In this document: piece after piece, positions 25,060 through 37,100 of the stretch
How the letters are laid out: every line of letters starts with the position of its first letter
Numbering within the stretch: position 1 is the stretch's first letter
From: Paramoeba atlantica
Taxonomy: Eukaryota > Protista > Discosea
Direction of reading: 5' to 3'
Length of the DNA: 64,000 nt
Assembly: GCA_977017575.1 (NCBI GenBank)
Contig: CDRNVI010000143.1
Location: 375,003 to 439,002 of the forward strand
Made by a program: the position numbers and the translations under genes
The notes under the pieces: generated by a model
Seen by the model: only the letters and a program-made list of their open reading frames with translations
The model's database searches: none
What the model was told of the DNA's origin: nothing

Positions 25060-25690
25060 TCGACCAAGGGGAAGTATTTGTTTTTTGAATTTCACTCAAT
25101 TCGATATTTGTATCATGGGAGTCAAAGGTTGTAATCTTAAACAAAGAGAAGGAGAATTGATCAAATCTTTTGGATCAAAAGGTTCTGAAGATGGTCAGGT
25201 TGATGATGAACCAGTGTGGGTGTGGATGTGGATGAAGAAGGTTGAATTATTGTTGCTGATATTTCCAATCATTGAATTCAAGTGTTTAATTATTATTGAT
25301 AATGATTGGTCGGAAGATTCTTCTGAAGGGGTCAGTTTAACCAATCTTTACAATGTTGGCATTGATAGGAGGGGGATGGGAATATTGTTGTTTGTTTCTG
25401 ATTTTGAGAATCATCAAATTCAAGTGATGGAATATGAAGGGAATTTTATTTGATGTTTTGGAACAGAAGGTTCAGGTGTGATTCTCAATATTCCATGGTC
25501 CAAGAGGGAGGTGTTGATGTGGATGGGGAAAGGTAGAATTGTTGTTTGTGATTCAGAAAATGGGAGAATGAGGGTGTTTTTAGAAGGAAGGAACATTTCT
25601 TTTTTTATTTGGTGATTTTCACATGAGTGAACCTCATTTATGGGGTTGTTGTTGTTGATTCATTTTGGATCAATTATTATTTCAGATTTT
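25060..25690 (+). pseudogene. NHL-repeat beta-propeller pseudogene
   Basis: GELIKSFGSKGSEDGQ, SNH*IQVF, VSDFENHQIQV, FGTEGSG, GRIVVCDSEN repeats with stops and frameshifts. Confidence 0.75.
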
Positions 25691-25872
25691 AAGAAGGAAT
25701 TTTAAAATTGAATTGTGGAACTAATTTGGAAGAGAGGAAGGGATTTTTTATTATTCTTTTTCATTTTCTCCCTTTTTATTTTCTCTTCTTCAAGAGGGTT
25801 TTTGTTTTTTTTGATTTTTTTTGATTGATTTTTTTGGTAATCCTTCTTACTTTGTTTCTCTCTTTCAACAAA

Positions 25873-25944
25873 TCCCCGATAGTATAGTTGGCAAAATCCC
25901 CGCCTGTCACGCGGGAGTCCCAGGTTCGATTCCCGGTCGGGGAG
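25873..25944 (+). tRNA. tRNA-Asp(GTC), possibly degenerate
   Basis: TCCCCGA/TCGGGGA acceptor, CCCGC-CTGTCAC-GCGGG; one mismatch each in the D-stem and T-stem. Confidence 0.85.
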
Positions 25945-27123
25945 GATTTTTTTTTCTCTTTCTCTTTCTTTTTCTTTTTTTTGATTCAATCCAAAAATAC
26001 ATGAAAAAAAGAGGAATTCTTCAAATTTTGTGTCTTCAAAAGATCAAAGTGATATGGTTTTTTTCTTTTTTTCTTTTTTTTTTTCTCTCTTCTCTTTTTT
26101 CTCTTCTATTTTTATTTTTTGATTCTCTCTCCTTTTTTCTGATTTCTTTGAACTCACACTAATAATAATAAATCACAAGATATGAAAGGGTCTCTGTTTT
26201 GCAAACTCCAATGCCTATGGTGATCTCTTCTTTCTCCTCTTTTGGGTTTCCTCTTTCTTTTCTTCTTTTCTCTTTCTATCTTCTTTTATCCATTTTGTTG
26301 TTTTTCTTTTTGTTTTGATTTTAGGATTGGTTTTTTCCATTCTTCATCCTTTTTTCCCAAAAAATTTTTTGTTGAAGAAAGACTTATTTTTATAATTGAA
26401 GTCAAAAACAAGAAAATGTTGAAAAAATCAGAGGAGCAACTCACCCAAAAATGAGAAAAAGAGAGAGAAGAGGATGCAAGATCTATTTTTCAACATAAAA
26501 AAAAAGATGAATAATTCTCAAAAAAAAATAAGGAACTTTAAAACAAACTCAAAAACAAATTGGATTAAAACAAAATAAAAAGAACCAAAAAATCAAACCC
26601 CAAATTATTTTTTGGAACAGTACTTTTTGTGATATCATAAAACTTCAACAGCCACAAAGTTCAACTTCAATTGGTCTCTTCTATTGCAAAGTGAACAATC
26701 ACCATATATTCACCCTTGACAACAATCATTCTCTTGCCAACAAAAAATTGAAATCATCTCATGTGAAAAATTTTCGCTTCCACAGATTGTGTATGAAAAT
26801 CTTTTGTTTTTTCTTATTCACCAGATCAAAAGCTGTTTGAAAATCTTCCTCTTAGTGAGTTGTTTCAAAAATTTTGGTCCATTCTCCAATTACTTTGTTG
26901 TGCAATGGAAGAGGGCCTTTCATTTTTTGGAAAGAAATTTTTTTTACCCCTTTTCTGTTTCTTTCCAAGCAATTTGTTACCATCACCCAAAAAAAAGAGA
27001 AAAACAGAGAAAACCAAATTTTTCCAAAATGAATTTGAGTGTCACACAACAAACTTCAATTGGAGCAAAAGAGTGTTTGGGGAAACTTTTTTTCTTTTTT
27101 TTTTTGAAAATTAAAAAAAAAAA

Positions 27124-27196
27124 AGCCACTAAAGGGGCTCGAACCCTTGACCACTAGGTTAAAAGCCTAGCGCTCTACCGACTGAGCTATAGTGGC
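27124..27196 (-). tRNA. tRNA-Lys(TTT)
   Basis: GCCACTA/TAGTGGC, CTAGG-CTTTTAA-CCTAG, AAGGG-TTCGAGC-CCCTT. Confidence 0.96.
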
Positions 27197-27422
27197 ATTT
27201 GTTGAAAAAAGTCAAATTTTTTAGTGTGATGGGGGGGGCTGATTTTGATGGAAGAAGGAAAAAGAAGAAAAGGACACTCAAATCGAAAAAAAAGAGGTTT
27301 TTAATTCCTTCTTGAGCAAAACAACAAAGACAAAAGAAAACCCCATTCAATTCCCAACCAACCAACAACAAGGAAAAGGAGGAGATTTATTTTTTTTCAA
27401 TTTTTTTTTCAAAAAAATAAAT

Positions 27423-27495
27423 TGCTCATTACAGGGATCGAACCTGTGACCTCCGCGTTATTAGCACGGCGCTCTACCGACTAAGCTAAACGAGC
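27423..27495 (-). tRNA. tRNA-Ile(AAT)
   Basis: GCTCGTT/AATGAGC, CCGTG-CTAATAA-CGCGG, ACAGG-TTCGATC-CCTGT. Confidence 0.96.
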
Positions 27496-27888
27496 ATTTC
27501 TGAAAAATGACCCAATTTTTTGGCTTTCCAGTGGGAAAAATTTCTGGAGAAACAGAAAAACAAAGTGAAAAACAAAGAAAAAGAGCAGAAAAAGGAAAAA
27601 TATACAAATGAAAAAAGTGATTGGAGAAAATGAAGGTGAAAATCAATTTTTATTGTTAATTCACAAAAAATGGAGGAAAAAACATAGCCTGATTTCCCCA
27701 AATAATATTATTTTTCAGGATTTCCCAAAGATTCTTTTTTTTTCTTTTTCAAAGGGAAGGGAAAACCTTTTCAAAATCAAAATTGAAAGATTATTTTTCA
27801 TTCAAAAAAAAAAAGTAAAAGAAAAAAAAATGTTTGAAGTCAAAAAAAAGAGGAAAAAATTCAAAAACAAAACAAAGAAAAAAAAATT

Positions 27889-27972
27889 CGTCGGAAGCAG
27901 GATTTGAACCTACGCCCCGTTTCCAGGATGTGATTTCTAGTCACACGTCTTAGACCACTCGACCATTCCGAC
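27889..27972 (-). tRNA. tRNA-Ser(AGA)
   Basis: GTCGGAA/TTCCGAC, TGTGA-CTAGAAA-TCACA, long variable arm CCTG-GAAA-CGGG, G73. Confidence 0.96.
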
Positions 27973-28186
27973 ATTTCATAAAAAATGAGTGAAAAAAAGC
28001 AGAGAATAAGGAAAAAGAGCAGGAGAGAAAGAAAAGGGGCAAACCAAAAACAAGGGGGGAAAGGCTTAAAAGTTTGAAAAAAGTTTTAAATTTCTTGAAA
28101 AGAGGAAGAACAGGAAGAAGAGACAGATGATAAAGAGAAAGATGGAGAAAAGCAGAAGGACAAAAGAAAGAAAAGACAAAAGACTC

Positions 28187-28316
28187 AAAATTCGACGGTC
28201 GAAATTTTGATTGACTTTTTTCTTTCAATGGTCGAAATTTTTGATGTTTTTTTCGACCATTGAAGTTATTTTTTCGACGGTTGATGTTTTTCTTGGGTTT
28301 TTTTCGATGGTCAAAA
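28187..28316. repeat. Array of about five degenerate palindromic units TTCGACGGTCGAA
   Basis: TTCGACGGTCGAA, TTCAATGGTCGAA, TTCGACCATTGAA, TTCGACGGTTGA, TTCGATGGTCAAA. Confidence 0.7.
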
Positions 28317-28572
28317 GTTTGGACAATGGAAGAAGATCAAGTTGAGGCTGTTTGTGAGCTGAGGTGGGCAATGACATCAGCTAACTTTCAGGGTGTTGAA
28401 ACCTCTCCAGTGGTCCGATTCAAACCCACAAATCGCCCCAACTACAAGTGCAGCAGCTTGAGCCCACCCCCATGTGTGGAGAACTGTCACATGCAGAGAG
28501 AGAGAGAGAGAGTGAGATTCTCAACAAAATGAAACAACCCACCACAACACAACAGTTCTTTTTTGGTTTTTT

Positions 28573-28617
28573 CCGGCTCTCACCCGGCCACCCCGGGTTC
28601 GATTCCCGGCAAGGGAG
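28573..28617 (+). pseudogene. 5'-truncated tRNA-Glu(CTC)
   Basis: CGGCT-CTC-ACCCGGCCACCCCGGGTTCGATTCCCGGCAAGGGAG is identical to the 3' half of the 12976 gene except the anticodon; acceptor 5' strand and D-arm are absent. Confidence 0.85.
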
Positions 28618-28875
28618 CTTTTTTTTTCAATTCCTTTTTTTTTTCTGATGTGTTGTGTTGTTTCTTTTTCTCCAAATGTGTTCTTTGTTCCTTTTCTTTC
28701 TTTTTTTTTTGATAATCTTTCCCAAAGAATCAAGAATAATTTTTGAATCAAAAGAAGGTGAACCCCAAAGAGTTGATTTGAAAAAAAAAAAAAGATATCT
28801 TTGAGTTTGGACATCAAAAACACAAAACTGATTCAATTTCAAAAAAAAAAAAAAAAAAAAAAAAAGAAAAAAAAA

Positions 28876-28900
28876 TGCCGAAAACGTGGATCGAACACGT

Positions 28901-28932
<32 letters not shown>

Positions 28933-28948
28933 GCTGAGCTATTTCGGC
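28876..28948 (-). tRNA. tRNA-Phe(GAA)
   Basis: GCCGAAA/TTTCGGC, TCAGA-CTGAAGA-TCTGA, ACGTG-TTCGATC-CACGT. Confidence 0.97.
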
Positions 28949-29633
28949 TTTTCTGGAAAAAAAGACCATTTTTTGGGAACACAGGTACTTGTGAAGGGGA
29001 TTGTCTGATTGGAACATTGGAAAACATCAAAAATTCCCTTTTTTGAAACCACTTTTTTGTGTTTTTGAGTGTTTTTTGGGATTAAAATATTCTCAAAATG
29101 AATTTTTGATACATGTTTAAACTGTTGTGATTTGGTGAAAGCTCTTTTTGAACACAAAGCACTAGATTTGTAGCACTAAAATCAACTTTGTTGTTTTGTG
29201 TTGGAACCACAAGGGCAGACACAGATGTACAAGGGCAAGATCTGTATCCCATTTGGAAACTCCGCTCCAACAAAAATATTTCCCACTTGGAACTTGGAGC
29301 AACGCTTCAGAGAGTTCATTTAGGGTGACATTGGCCAGTGTCTCCCTGATTGCATTCAGTATCCCTTCTTGTTGAACTCTTTTTCTCAAAACCAATTTTT
29401 CCTTTCATTATTTTTTTCGATCCACACAGACTTTGTTCTTGATTTTCCAAATAACAATTACAGAAATACTCTTTTCGATTTTTGGACTGTTGGAGTTCTT
29501 CTGGGTTTGGAAGGATGGAGTGGGGTAATTCAGGATGAAGAGAAAGAAGACCTTGGATTCATCCCTCAGCCAACAAAAAAAAGCGTCCACAAACTTCCCA
29601 AAAAAGGAGATTGTGATGTTCTTCATTGTTTTT

Positions 29634-29824
29634 CGTTAAAGTCTCATAGCCAAAGGTAAGAGATCAAATTGGATTTGGAAAATGTTTTAATGAATGAAAT
29701 CAAAATAAAAAGTGTTTTGTAATTCTCGGAAAATGAAATTTCCATTTTCCGGAAAATAAATTGTTTTCGCTGAATGGATTATTTGCATGATCAATCCAGG
29801 AATAAGAAATCGGTCGGCAGATTT
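29634..29824. repeat. ~200 bp dispersed repeat (second copy 41113-41320)
   Basis: GCCAAAGGTAAGAG...CAAATTGGATTTGGAAAATGTTTTAATGAATGAAATCAAAAT...CAGGAATAAGAAATCGGTCGGCAGATTTC in both. Confidence 0.85.
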
Positions 29825-29847
29825 CGGGAAACAAAAGATTGAAAAGG

Positions 29848-30629
29848 ACAGTCAATATTCCAGGGTGACCTTCCCAGGTGACTTTTTGAAGCTTGAATAA
29901 CTTTGGAAAGGAATGGAATTTGAAAAAACTTAAACATGAAGTGAATTAACAATATTTTTAAAGATTTTTGAGTTCCATTTGCTCATGGAAGAGTGCTCAT
30001 TCAATACCTTAAAATTGAGCTAACATCAAAAAGACCCCTAATTTTTTTTTAAAAAAAATTCTAAAAAATCAAAAAAAAATATTGAGCCTCATGAGAATCA
30101 AGTTTAAGAAAGAAAATAACTTTTTTTTCAATCCTACCAAAAAAAAATAAAAAAAAATTAATTTTGAAGTTCATAAACATCAAAAAACAATTTTTTATGA
30201 GCCATCGAAAGTGCACAACACATCATAAAAAAAATTCCGGATTTTTTTTTTTTTGGATATTGGCAAAATTGGGTGGGAATTTTTTTTTGTTTGAGAGTGT
30301 GTCAAGGGCTTTGTAGGAGAGAACAATTTTTTTTTAATTTTTTTTTCTTTTCTTATTGGAATAAGGTTCTTATAACCCCCTTCTTGTGAGTTTAGTTTTC
30401 TCTTCTGTGACTCTGAGAATTTTTTTTTTTGAAGGTCGTACCCAAGGTAGTACCAAAAAATCAATTTTTCTCTTTTGGATTGAGACATTTCACAGATGTT
30501 TGGGGGGGGAAAAATTGAAAAAAATATTGTGGTTGATGTGATAAAAAAAGATTTTTAACTTTCAGTAATCCTCCCTTGAAATCAATGATTCAAAAAGTCA
30601 CCTGGGAAGGTCACCCAGGAATTGACAGT
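29848..30629. mobile_element. MITE-like element with ~42 bp terminal inverted repeats and an AT-rich interior
   Basis: ACAGTCAATATTCCAGGGTGACCTTCCCAGGTGACTTTTTGAA (29848-29890) versus its reverse complement at 30589-30629; no clear TSD. Confidence 0.7.
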
Positions 30630-30973
30630 TCATCAACTAGAAAGATCGCCCTGATCTCCTCTCTTTTGAGGACTGGATGAATACTTGTTCAAGGGAGTTC
30701 TTTGTGAGTTATGCCCACCAAAGTTTGCACCCAAGTCCAATTAAGTTGACATACCCAAGATGAAAATATTTTTATCCAATTACCACATGACTATTTGCCA
30801 AGGACAGAACTGAAAACCTTGTGAGTCTTCAAATTTGGGACGATTTTCAAAAACTTGTTAAATTGTCAAAAACAAAGATGAAGGACCTCTCAAACTCAAC
30901 AGTGAATGAAGCAAAGACCATTGGGAAGCGACTCAACGGCAGCAAAAAGTGGATAAAAAAGAAGAAAAAAAAA

Positions 30974-31046
30974 TGGAGATGCCGGGTTTCGATCCCGGTA
31001 CCTTCCGCATGCTAAGCGGACGCGATACCAACTTCGCCACACCCCC
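30974..31046 (-). tRNA. tRNA-Ala(AGC)
   Basis: GGGGGTG/CATCTCC with G3:U70, TCCGC-TTAGCAT-GCGGA, CCGGG-ATCGAAA-CCCGG. Confidence 0.96.
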
Positions 31047-31443
31047 TTTTCTTGAAAAGTTGAAGCAAAGATTGAATGTCTTTCATTTTCAGATCCCCTT
31101 GACCAGAAAAGAGGTTTTCCATTTTGAGGCTGTGAAGAGAGCCTCCAGCAAGAAATGAGAAGAATGTCCATAGAGAAGAAGGATGACTGGTTTATCTTTT
31201 TGTCTGGCAATTTTGTTTTTCCAAGCAATGAAGAGGAGCATATTAATCTTCCCAACTTTCTAGCAGTTAAGCCATGGCTTGAAAAATGCTGTTAATCATC
31301 AAGGGTGTTTTTGATTTTGAGACGTGGATTCTTATGAGGGCCAATCTTTGATTGGCACAAGATCCAAAGAATCCTAGTCGAGACTTAGCAAAAACACCTG
31401 AGACTGATTTGCATTTGTCGAGTCATTGCTTCAACATTTTATC

Positions 31444-33690
31444 CAGGGTTGCAGTGGGTCAAAGTCGAAGGGCTGAGCTGGTCGACCAGCCTGGGCTGGT
31501 GAGATCAAATATCCTGATTCACTCCACAAAGATTCAATCTTTGTTGACGCACCAGGGGTACAACAAAACTTTCGAAAAAGAGAGAAGATCTTTTCGAATC
31601 TTGAAAGGAAAAGTGAGAAACTGATTGACGAAAACAACAAAAAAAGTCAAACCCGTGGCTCTTGAACCAATCACCAGGTGCCTCTTTTGGACAACAAGGA
31701 GGAGCAATGAGATACCTCTCATATTCCGTGCAGGTATCTCTTTGTTCATTCGTTCAGAGGACATGAGTTCCATGTTCCATGAGACCTGGTGGTTCTTGCG
31801 GTGCCACCTCCATTAACTGTGGGTTAACTTTCTCAAATTCTCTCTAAGAAAAAAAGTGAATTAACTTTTAAAAAAAATAGAGAAAACAATCAAGCCTTTC
31901 CCAAAAAAGAAGTCTCATCCCAAAACTCGCCTCCCTTGAGAGAATCTTTTGTTTGGGGATCAAAAAGAGCACTCATCCAGTGGGGTCCCTTCTTGACTGC
32001 AGAAATGAGTCGGTTGTTGAGTCCCTCCACAATTGAATTCCGGACCACCTCTGCATCACCAGTCTCCAACTCGTCCAGCTCAGCATACACCTTTTTCAAA
32101 TGGAGAAGAGATGGAATTGCCAGTGCGAGGGTTGGCTTTGTTTTTTGGTCAAATAGTTTTGTCACAAGGCGGAGAGGAAGAAGAACTTTCTGGAGATCAA
32201 ACAATAAGTCCCATTGGTTTTGAAACAGTTGTTTTTTTCTCTTTTTCAGCTCTGCCTCTGTAGAAGCAACACCACCATTTTCTTCAAGAACTGGGAAAAT
32301 ATGGAGTATGGCTCATTCAAAAAATGTTTCAAAGAAATAAATAATAAAAAACTTGATTTTCGAGCACTCTCTCAATCATCGTCAATGTTGAATTTCAACA
32401 AGTCGGAACATCCTTTTTTAGTTTTCTCCCCTTCAAACCCTCCAGTTCCTGAAAATTCTTGAGCGCTTTGAGACTCTTCGGTGACTTCTTGAAAAACGAA
32501 CAGATTTTCCTTGTTGTCTTCAAGGTGGCAATAGTGAGCAAAGACCTATCGAGTGCATCCTGTTCAGGACATGTCCAATGCATGGGATCCATTGGAGACC
32601 AAGTTGGGCGACCATTTTGGGCATGACTGCGGTGGTGTCTGTTGTGAATGTTTGAATTTGACGTTCCTTGATTGGGCGATTCAACTCTCGTCACCAAAAC
32701 CCCATATTCTTCAAGAGATTGTCGGACTGAAATTTCGAGGTCGTCCGCAGTTTGTTCATCTTTGGGAAGGCACTTCAGGAGCAAAGCATGCCAGATCCCT
32801 TGTTGGTCGAGAAAATGGAGGATGATTCCAAAATATGAATCCCCAGCAGCAGAGGTCCAACCATCCGCAGAAAGACCACCTGAAAGAAGATAACAATGGA
32901 GTTACAGTTTCAAAGCCCTTGTGAGGAGTCCAACTTCTGCCGTCAAAATGCCTTTCATCGTTTCAACACTTGGAGGATCATATCCAGGATGAAGGGCTCT
33001 CACAAACTCCTTGAACTTTTCGCTGTTAACAAAGGAAAAAGGCAAATGTCTCTCAGTCATCCAATGGAAGAGTTTTTTGTTTACTTCTTGTCGATGATCA
33101 GCAGAGATCAAATATTCATTGAGTTTTCGAATTTTCGGTGGTCACTCAACAACTGCCCAAGGGACGAGAACACCATGTTTTTTCTCCAGGTTGCCTTTTG
33201 AGAGATTCAGTTCCCGTGTTGATGGAACGCACTGTTGGTTGTATTTGTGAAAGAGGAATTTCTTTCACATCAACTGGCCAACATGGCAAGCAGACGATTG
33301 AGTTTGGATCCGCAGGGTGTCGCCGAAAATAGTCCCACACAGCTGAAGTTCTTTTTTCCAGTCTTTTGAGTTTCGCTCGTACAATGATTTGATGAGGGTC
33401 CATTGTAAATGTAATTTAAAAAGTCTTTTTCTCAAAACAGAAAAGTAAAAACAGTTATTTTTGAAACCAGTTTTTGAAGAATGTCACAAAGCCAATACTT
33501 TATTTCCACCTCATCTGTGGAGGCATTGTCCATAGGTGATGTGGACCAATCACTGGCTTCCACATCATTTTTCATCCACGGATGACAAAGGAGTGCTTGA
33601 CTGGTCGACCCAGGCCGGCCCTTGGTCGGCTAGCCGACCCAACAAAAAAATCGCCAACCTGCTCAACCCGCCTTAGCCGCTTCAACCCTG
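31444..33690 (-). mobile_element. hAT DNA transposon, 2247 bp, defective
   Basis: TIR CAGGGTTG (31444-31451) and CAACCCTG (33683-33690); 8 bp TSD ATTTTATC / ATTTGATC (7 of 8). Confidence 0.9.
31480..33403 (-). pseudogene. hAT transposase pseudogene
   Basis: BED finger TSAVWDYF..C..C; HLPFSFVNSEKFKEF; LSADGWTS..SYFGIILHF; DVPTC*NST (from DVPTRWNST); WMSALFDP; dimerisation-like FRKFCCTPGASTKIESLWS. Stops at 32902 and 32395, frameshifts, at least one intron. Confidence 0.88.
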
Positions 33691-33849
33691 ATTTGATCCA
33701 CTTTTTGATGCTGTCAAAGGAAGTCCCAAAAAGAAAGTGGACCTGAAAATTCTGCATAGATTAAAATATGAGATTAAAAAATTCTGCATAGATTAAAATA
33801 TGAGATTAAAAAATTTGGAGTCATGTTTTTCATTTTTTCATTTCTCTTT

Positions 33850-33999
33850 TTGTTTGGAAAATGGCTCAAACTGTGTCTGGGAGAGCGTTGTCATGTCGAA
33901 AATGGGATCCCTGATGCTGCCAAACCAATCTTGTTAGCGGAAGCAAACCTTGATGAAACTTGAAAGGCTGTGCAACAGTTCTTGGCTGAGGTCACAACT
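33850..33999 (+). pseudogene. Probable 5' part of the tyrosine recombinase pseudogene interrupted by the Gypsy
   Basis: Coding-like sequence that joins 40580 onward across the AACT TSD. Confidence 0.5.
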
Positions 34000-34190
34000 T
34001 GTAAAATGATAGTTTTTACAGTGAATAATAAAAGCAATCAAAATGTTGTTGTGCAATTTGAGAATTTGAAAAGTGAACGTTGGACCGTTTCAGAATTTGG
34101 CGGTTCCACGTCAGCACTCATTCTCCTTTATTTAGTAAATCAAAAAGGCATAGATGTCTTTATCAAGGAGTCGTCGATTTCTCCGTTGCA
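34000..34190 (-). repeat. 3' LTR of the intact Gypsy
   Basis: Identical by eye to 40385-40575. Confidence 0.97.
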
Positions 34191-37100
34191 TCCTCCCACG
34201 CGATGAGAACCTCGGCTCCTCAGATATTTCTGAAGATGAAGGAGGGGAAGAAGGAGTAGACTCATTAGCAGGTTGACCAGTTGGAACAGTTGTTGGTGAA
34301 GCCACTCGGGATTCTTCACGATCAGCACCAAGTATATCAAAGTTGATGGGGTTATGCAGATGATAATCATCTAAGAGCTCCTCAGCATCAACATCACTTG
34401 CTCGGCACCATTCAGCTGATGTTTTTCGGAATCCTTTAAATTGAATCTTGTAAAAGAGTTCTCCATTACGAACAGCATGGTTCAGGATTTTTTCAATCTC
34501 AAAATCATATCCGTGATCGTCGAAGGAGACGTTCTCCGGTCCAGAGGAGTCTTCAAGACCAATTTCGTTCGACCCAGGGTCCAGGTTAATCTCATGACGG
34601 AATTGGAGTTTCTTGATAATTGAGATGTTTGCTTTGAATGGAGGATCTTTTCGGGATAGATCTTGTAATGTATAACTTCCATTCTCATAATCTCCCACAA
34701 CCATATACACTTTTCGATGGAATAAGGCTCGATATTTCTTTCCAAGATCAGCTTCATCCGTAGTTGTTCCGAATTTTCTTAACAATACATGGTCACCAAT
34801 TTTGAGTTGTGCGATCCTTGACTTATGAGTTCGATTATAGAGTTCAGATTGACTTTCAGCAACTCGCAATCGTTCAGCTCGAACCCACTCAATGACTCTA
34901 TCTCGGTCGGTTTGGAGTTTGCTCACATATTCATCTCTGGTCACATACGGCCGATAGACTGACCCATACATCATATCGAGAGGCATAATTGGTGGTCGTC
35001 CAAAATGTACTTGAAAGGGCGTATATGTGGTTGATGAAGATCGAGAGGTATTGAAGGCAAACTCAACTAAAGGCACTAATAAATCCCAGTCATCTCTAAA
35101 TTTGTCCACGTAGGCTCGTAGGATTGACTTGGTGACTTTGTGTGTCCATTCTACTCGACCATTGCTCTTAGAGTTATAAGGAGAAATTGTGGTTTGTTTC
35201 AATCCCATCAAATTAGATAATTCAGTAAAGAGTTCGTTCGCAAATTCAGGTCCGTTGTCAGTAACGATCTTCAATGGCATTGAATTTACGCAAATGTACT
35301 GCAATAAAGCTCCAGCGGCGTCCTTCGCAGTGGGCTGAGGGATTGGATATAACCTCAGATATCCAGAAAAGTTATCCACAATTGCCAATAAATGAGTATT
35401 TCCCCTGGCTGAAGTCTTTGGGCCTTTTGTACAATCAAGGTGGACAGTGACTCCAGGGTATGAAGCCATATATGGGTTCAATTCGGATGTCAAGGTCTTT
35501 CCTTTTGAATTGATTGCACAATTCAAGCATCGATGACAATAGCCTTTAATATAAAGGGACATACCTGGAAAATAATAAGAAGCAGCAATTGCTTGATAGA
35601 GACGTTCATACTTCCGATGTCCAGAGACAAGGGAGTCATGATAGGCCTTTAGGACATCATCCCAAAGTGCTCGAGGTAATACAGCGGGAGGTCCGGTCTC
35701 GGCTGGAGCTGATTCATCAATCTTTCTTAAAATACCATTCGCATCGATCCAGTATTTGAATGCTTGTCTTTGCAGCATTCTAAGTTCTGACCGGCGTTTT
35801 GGGAGTATCCCATAAAGGTAGTTGATGATTTTTGAGCAAAACTTGTCATATCTTTGGGCTCGAGCCAAGAAAGGAAGCGGAACAAGAAGACGGTCTATGG
35901 TGTCTCCATCGACCTCTATGGTGTCCTCCCCTTGAGAAAGTTCTTCGCCTTTTTGCCAAAGCGTTCTGACCTCAGGGAGATCAAATGTTTGGTCTGGTGA
36001 AGAATCAATTGCCTCTATTTTTTCAAGGATATCTTTTTGTCTCGACATTGCTCTGCTTTTTGACGTTTCGTCTAGCGCGAGGTCAATTATTTTTTCGAAA
36101 CAATTTGTCATGTAATCTTTCTTTTCATCTTTGTTGTCTTTGTATCCAACAAAGTGCCTACTCAACGCATCTGGAATAGCCATCAGCTTTCCAGGTTTAT
36201 GTATGACGAGAGGATTATATTCTAATGTTCGGGCAACCCAATCACGCAACATTGCATGTTCAGGGATTTTTGTTCCAGTTCTTGAGAAGACCGAGCGCAG
36301 AGCTTGACAATCGCAAACTACAATCGGTTCTCTTCCGTGAACATAATACTTAAAGTTTTTTAAAGCCCAAATAATTCCTAATCCTTCTCTGACAGGATTA
36401 GTATATTTTTGTTGAGTCGGTGTTAATGCCTTTGAAGCATACTCGATTACTCTGTGATAACCTTTGTCATCTAATTGTGTTAGGATAGCTCCAAGACCTC
36501 GAGAACTAGCATCAACATGGATGAAGAATCTTTTTGAGAGATCTGGATGTGCTACACAGGTTTCTTTTTTGAGTATGTCTTTCAGTATTTGAAATTCTTC
36601 TTCAGCTTTTTCTGACAGGAAAAATCTCGATTCTTTTAATGTTTTTGCTTTTCTTAGATGAAAAGTTAATTTGGAGAGGTTTGGTATGAATCTTTTCAAC
36701 CAAGTAACCATTCCTATAAATATCTCAACCTCCTTTGGTGATTTTGGAAGGGGATAATTTTGGATTGCTTCAACCTTTTTTGGATTTGGTGATAAACCAT
36801 CCTTTGTAGCGACAAAGCCAAGTATTTCAAAAGTTGGTTTACAGAAAGAACATTTTAAAGGTTGTAAAATTAAATTATGTTCCTTTAGTCTTCCTAGTAT
36901 ATCCCTCAAGTCTTCTAAATGTTTTTCAAAGGAATTGCTGAAACATATAATGTCATCGACATATGCAAAACAGCATCTCCATATGAGTCCATTCAATACA
37001 GCTTCAATATAACGTTGTTGTGTTGCTGGAGCATTACACAATCCAAATGGCATTGAGAGAAATTCCCAAAGTCCATATTTGCTTGTAAAAGCTGTTTTTT

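Noticed and set aside
32880-32905. 26 nt mini-intron GTAACT...TTTCAG in the hAT transposase
   Set aside because: Removing it shifts the frame; the flanking sequence is already in frame, so the TAA is better read as a nonsense mutation.
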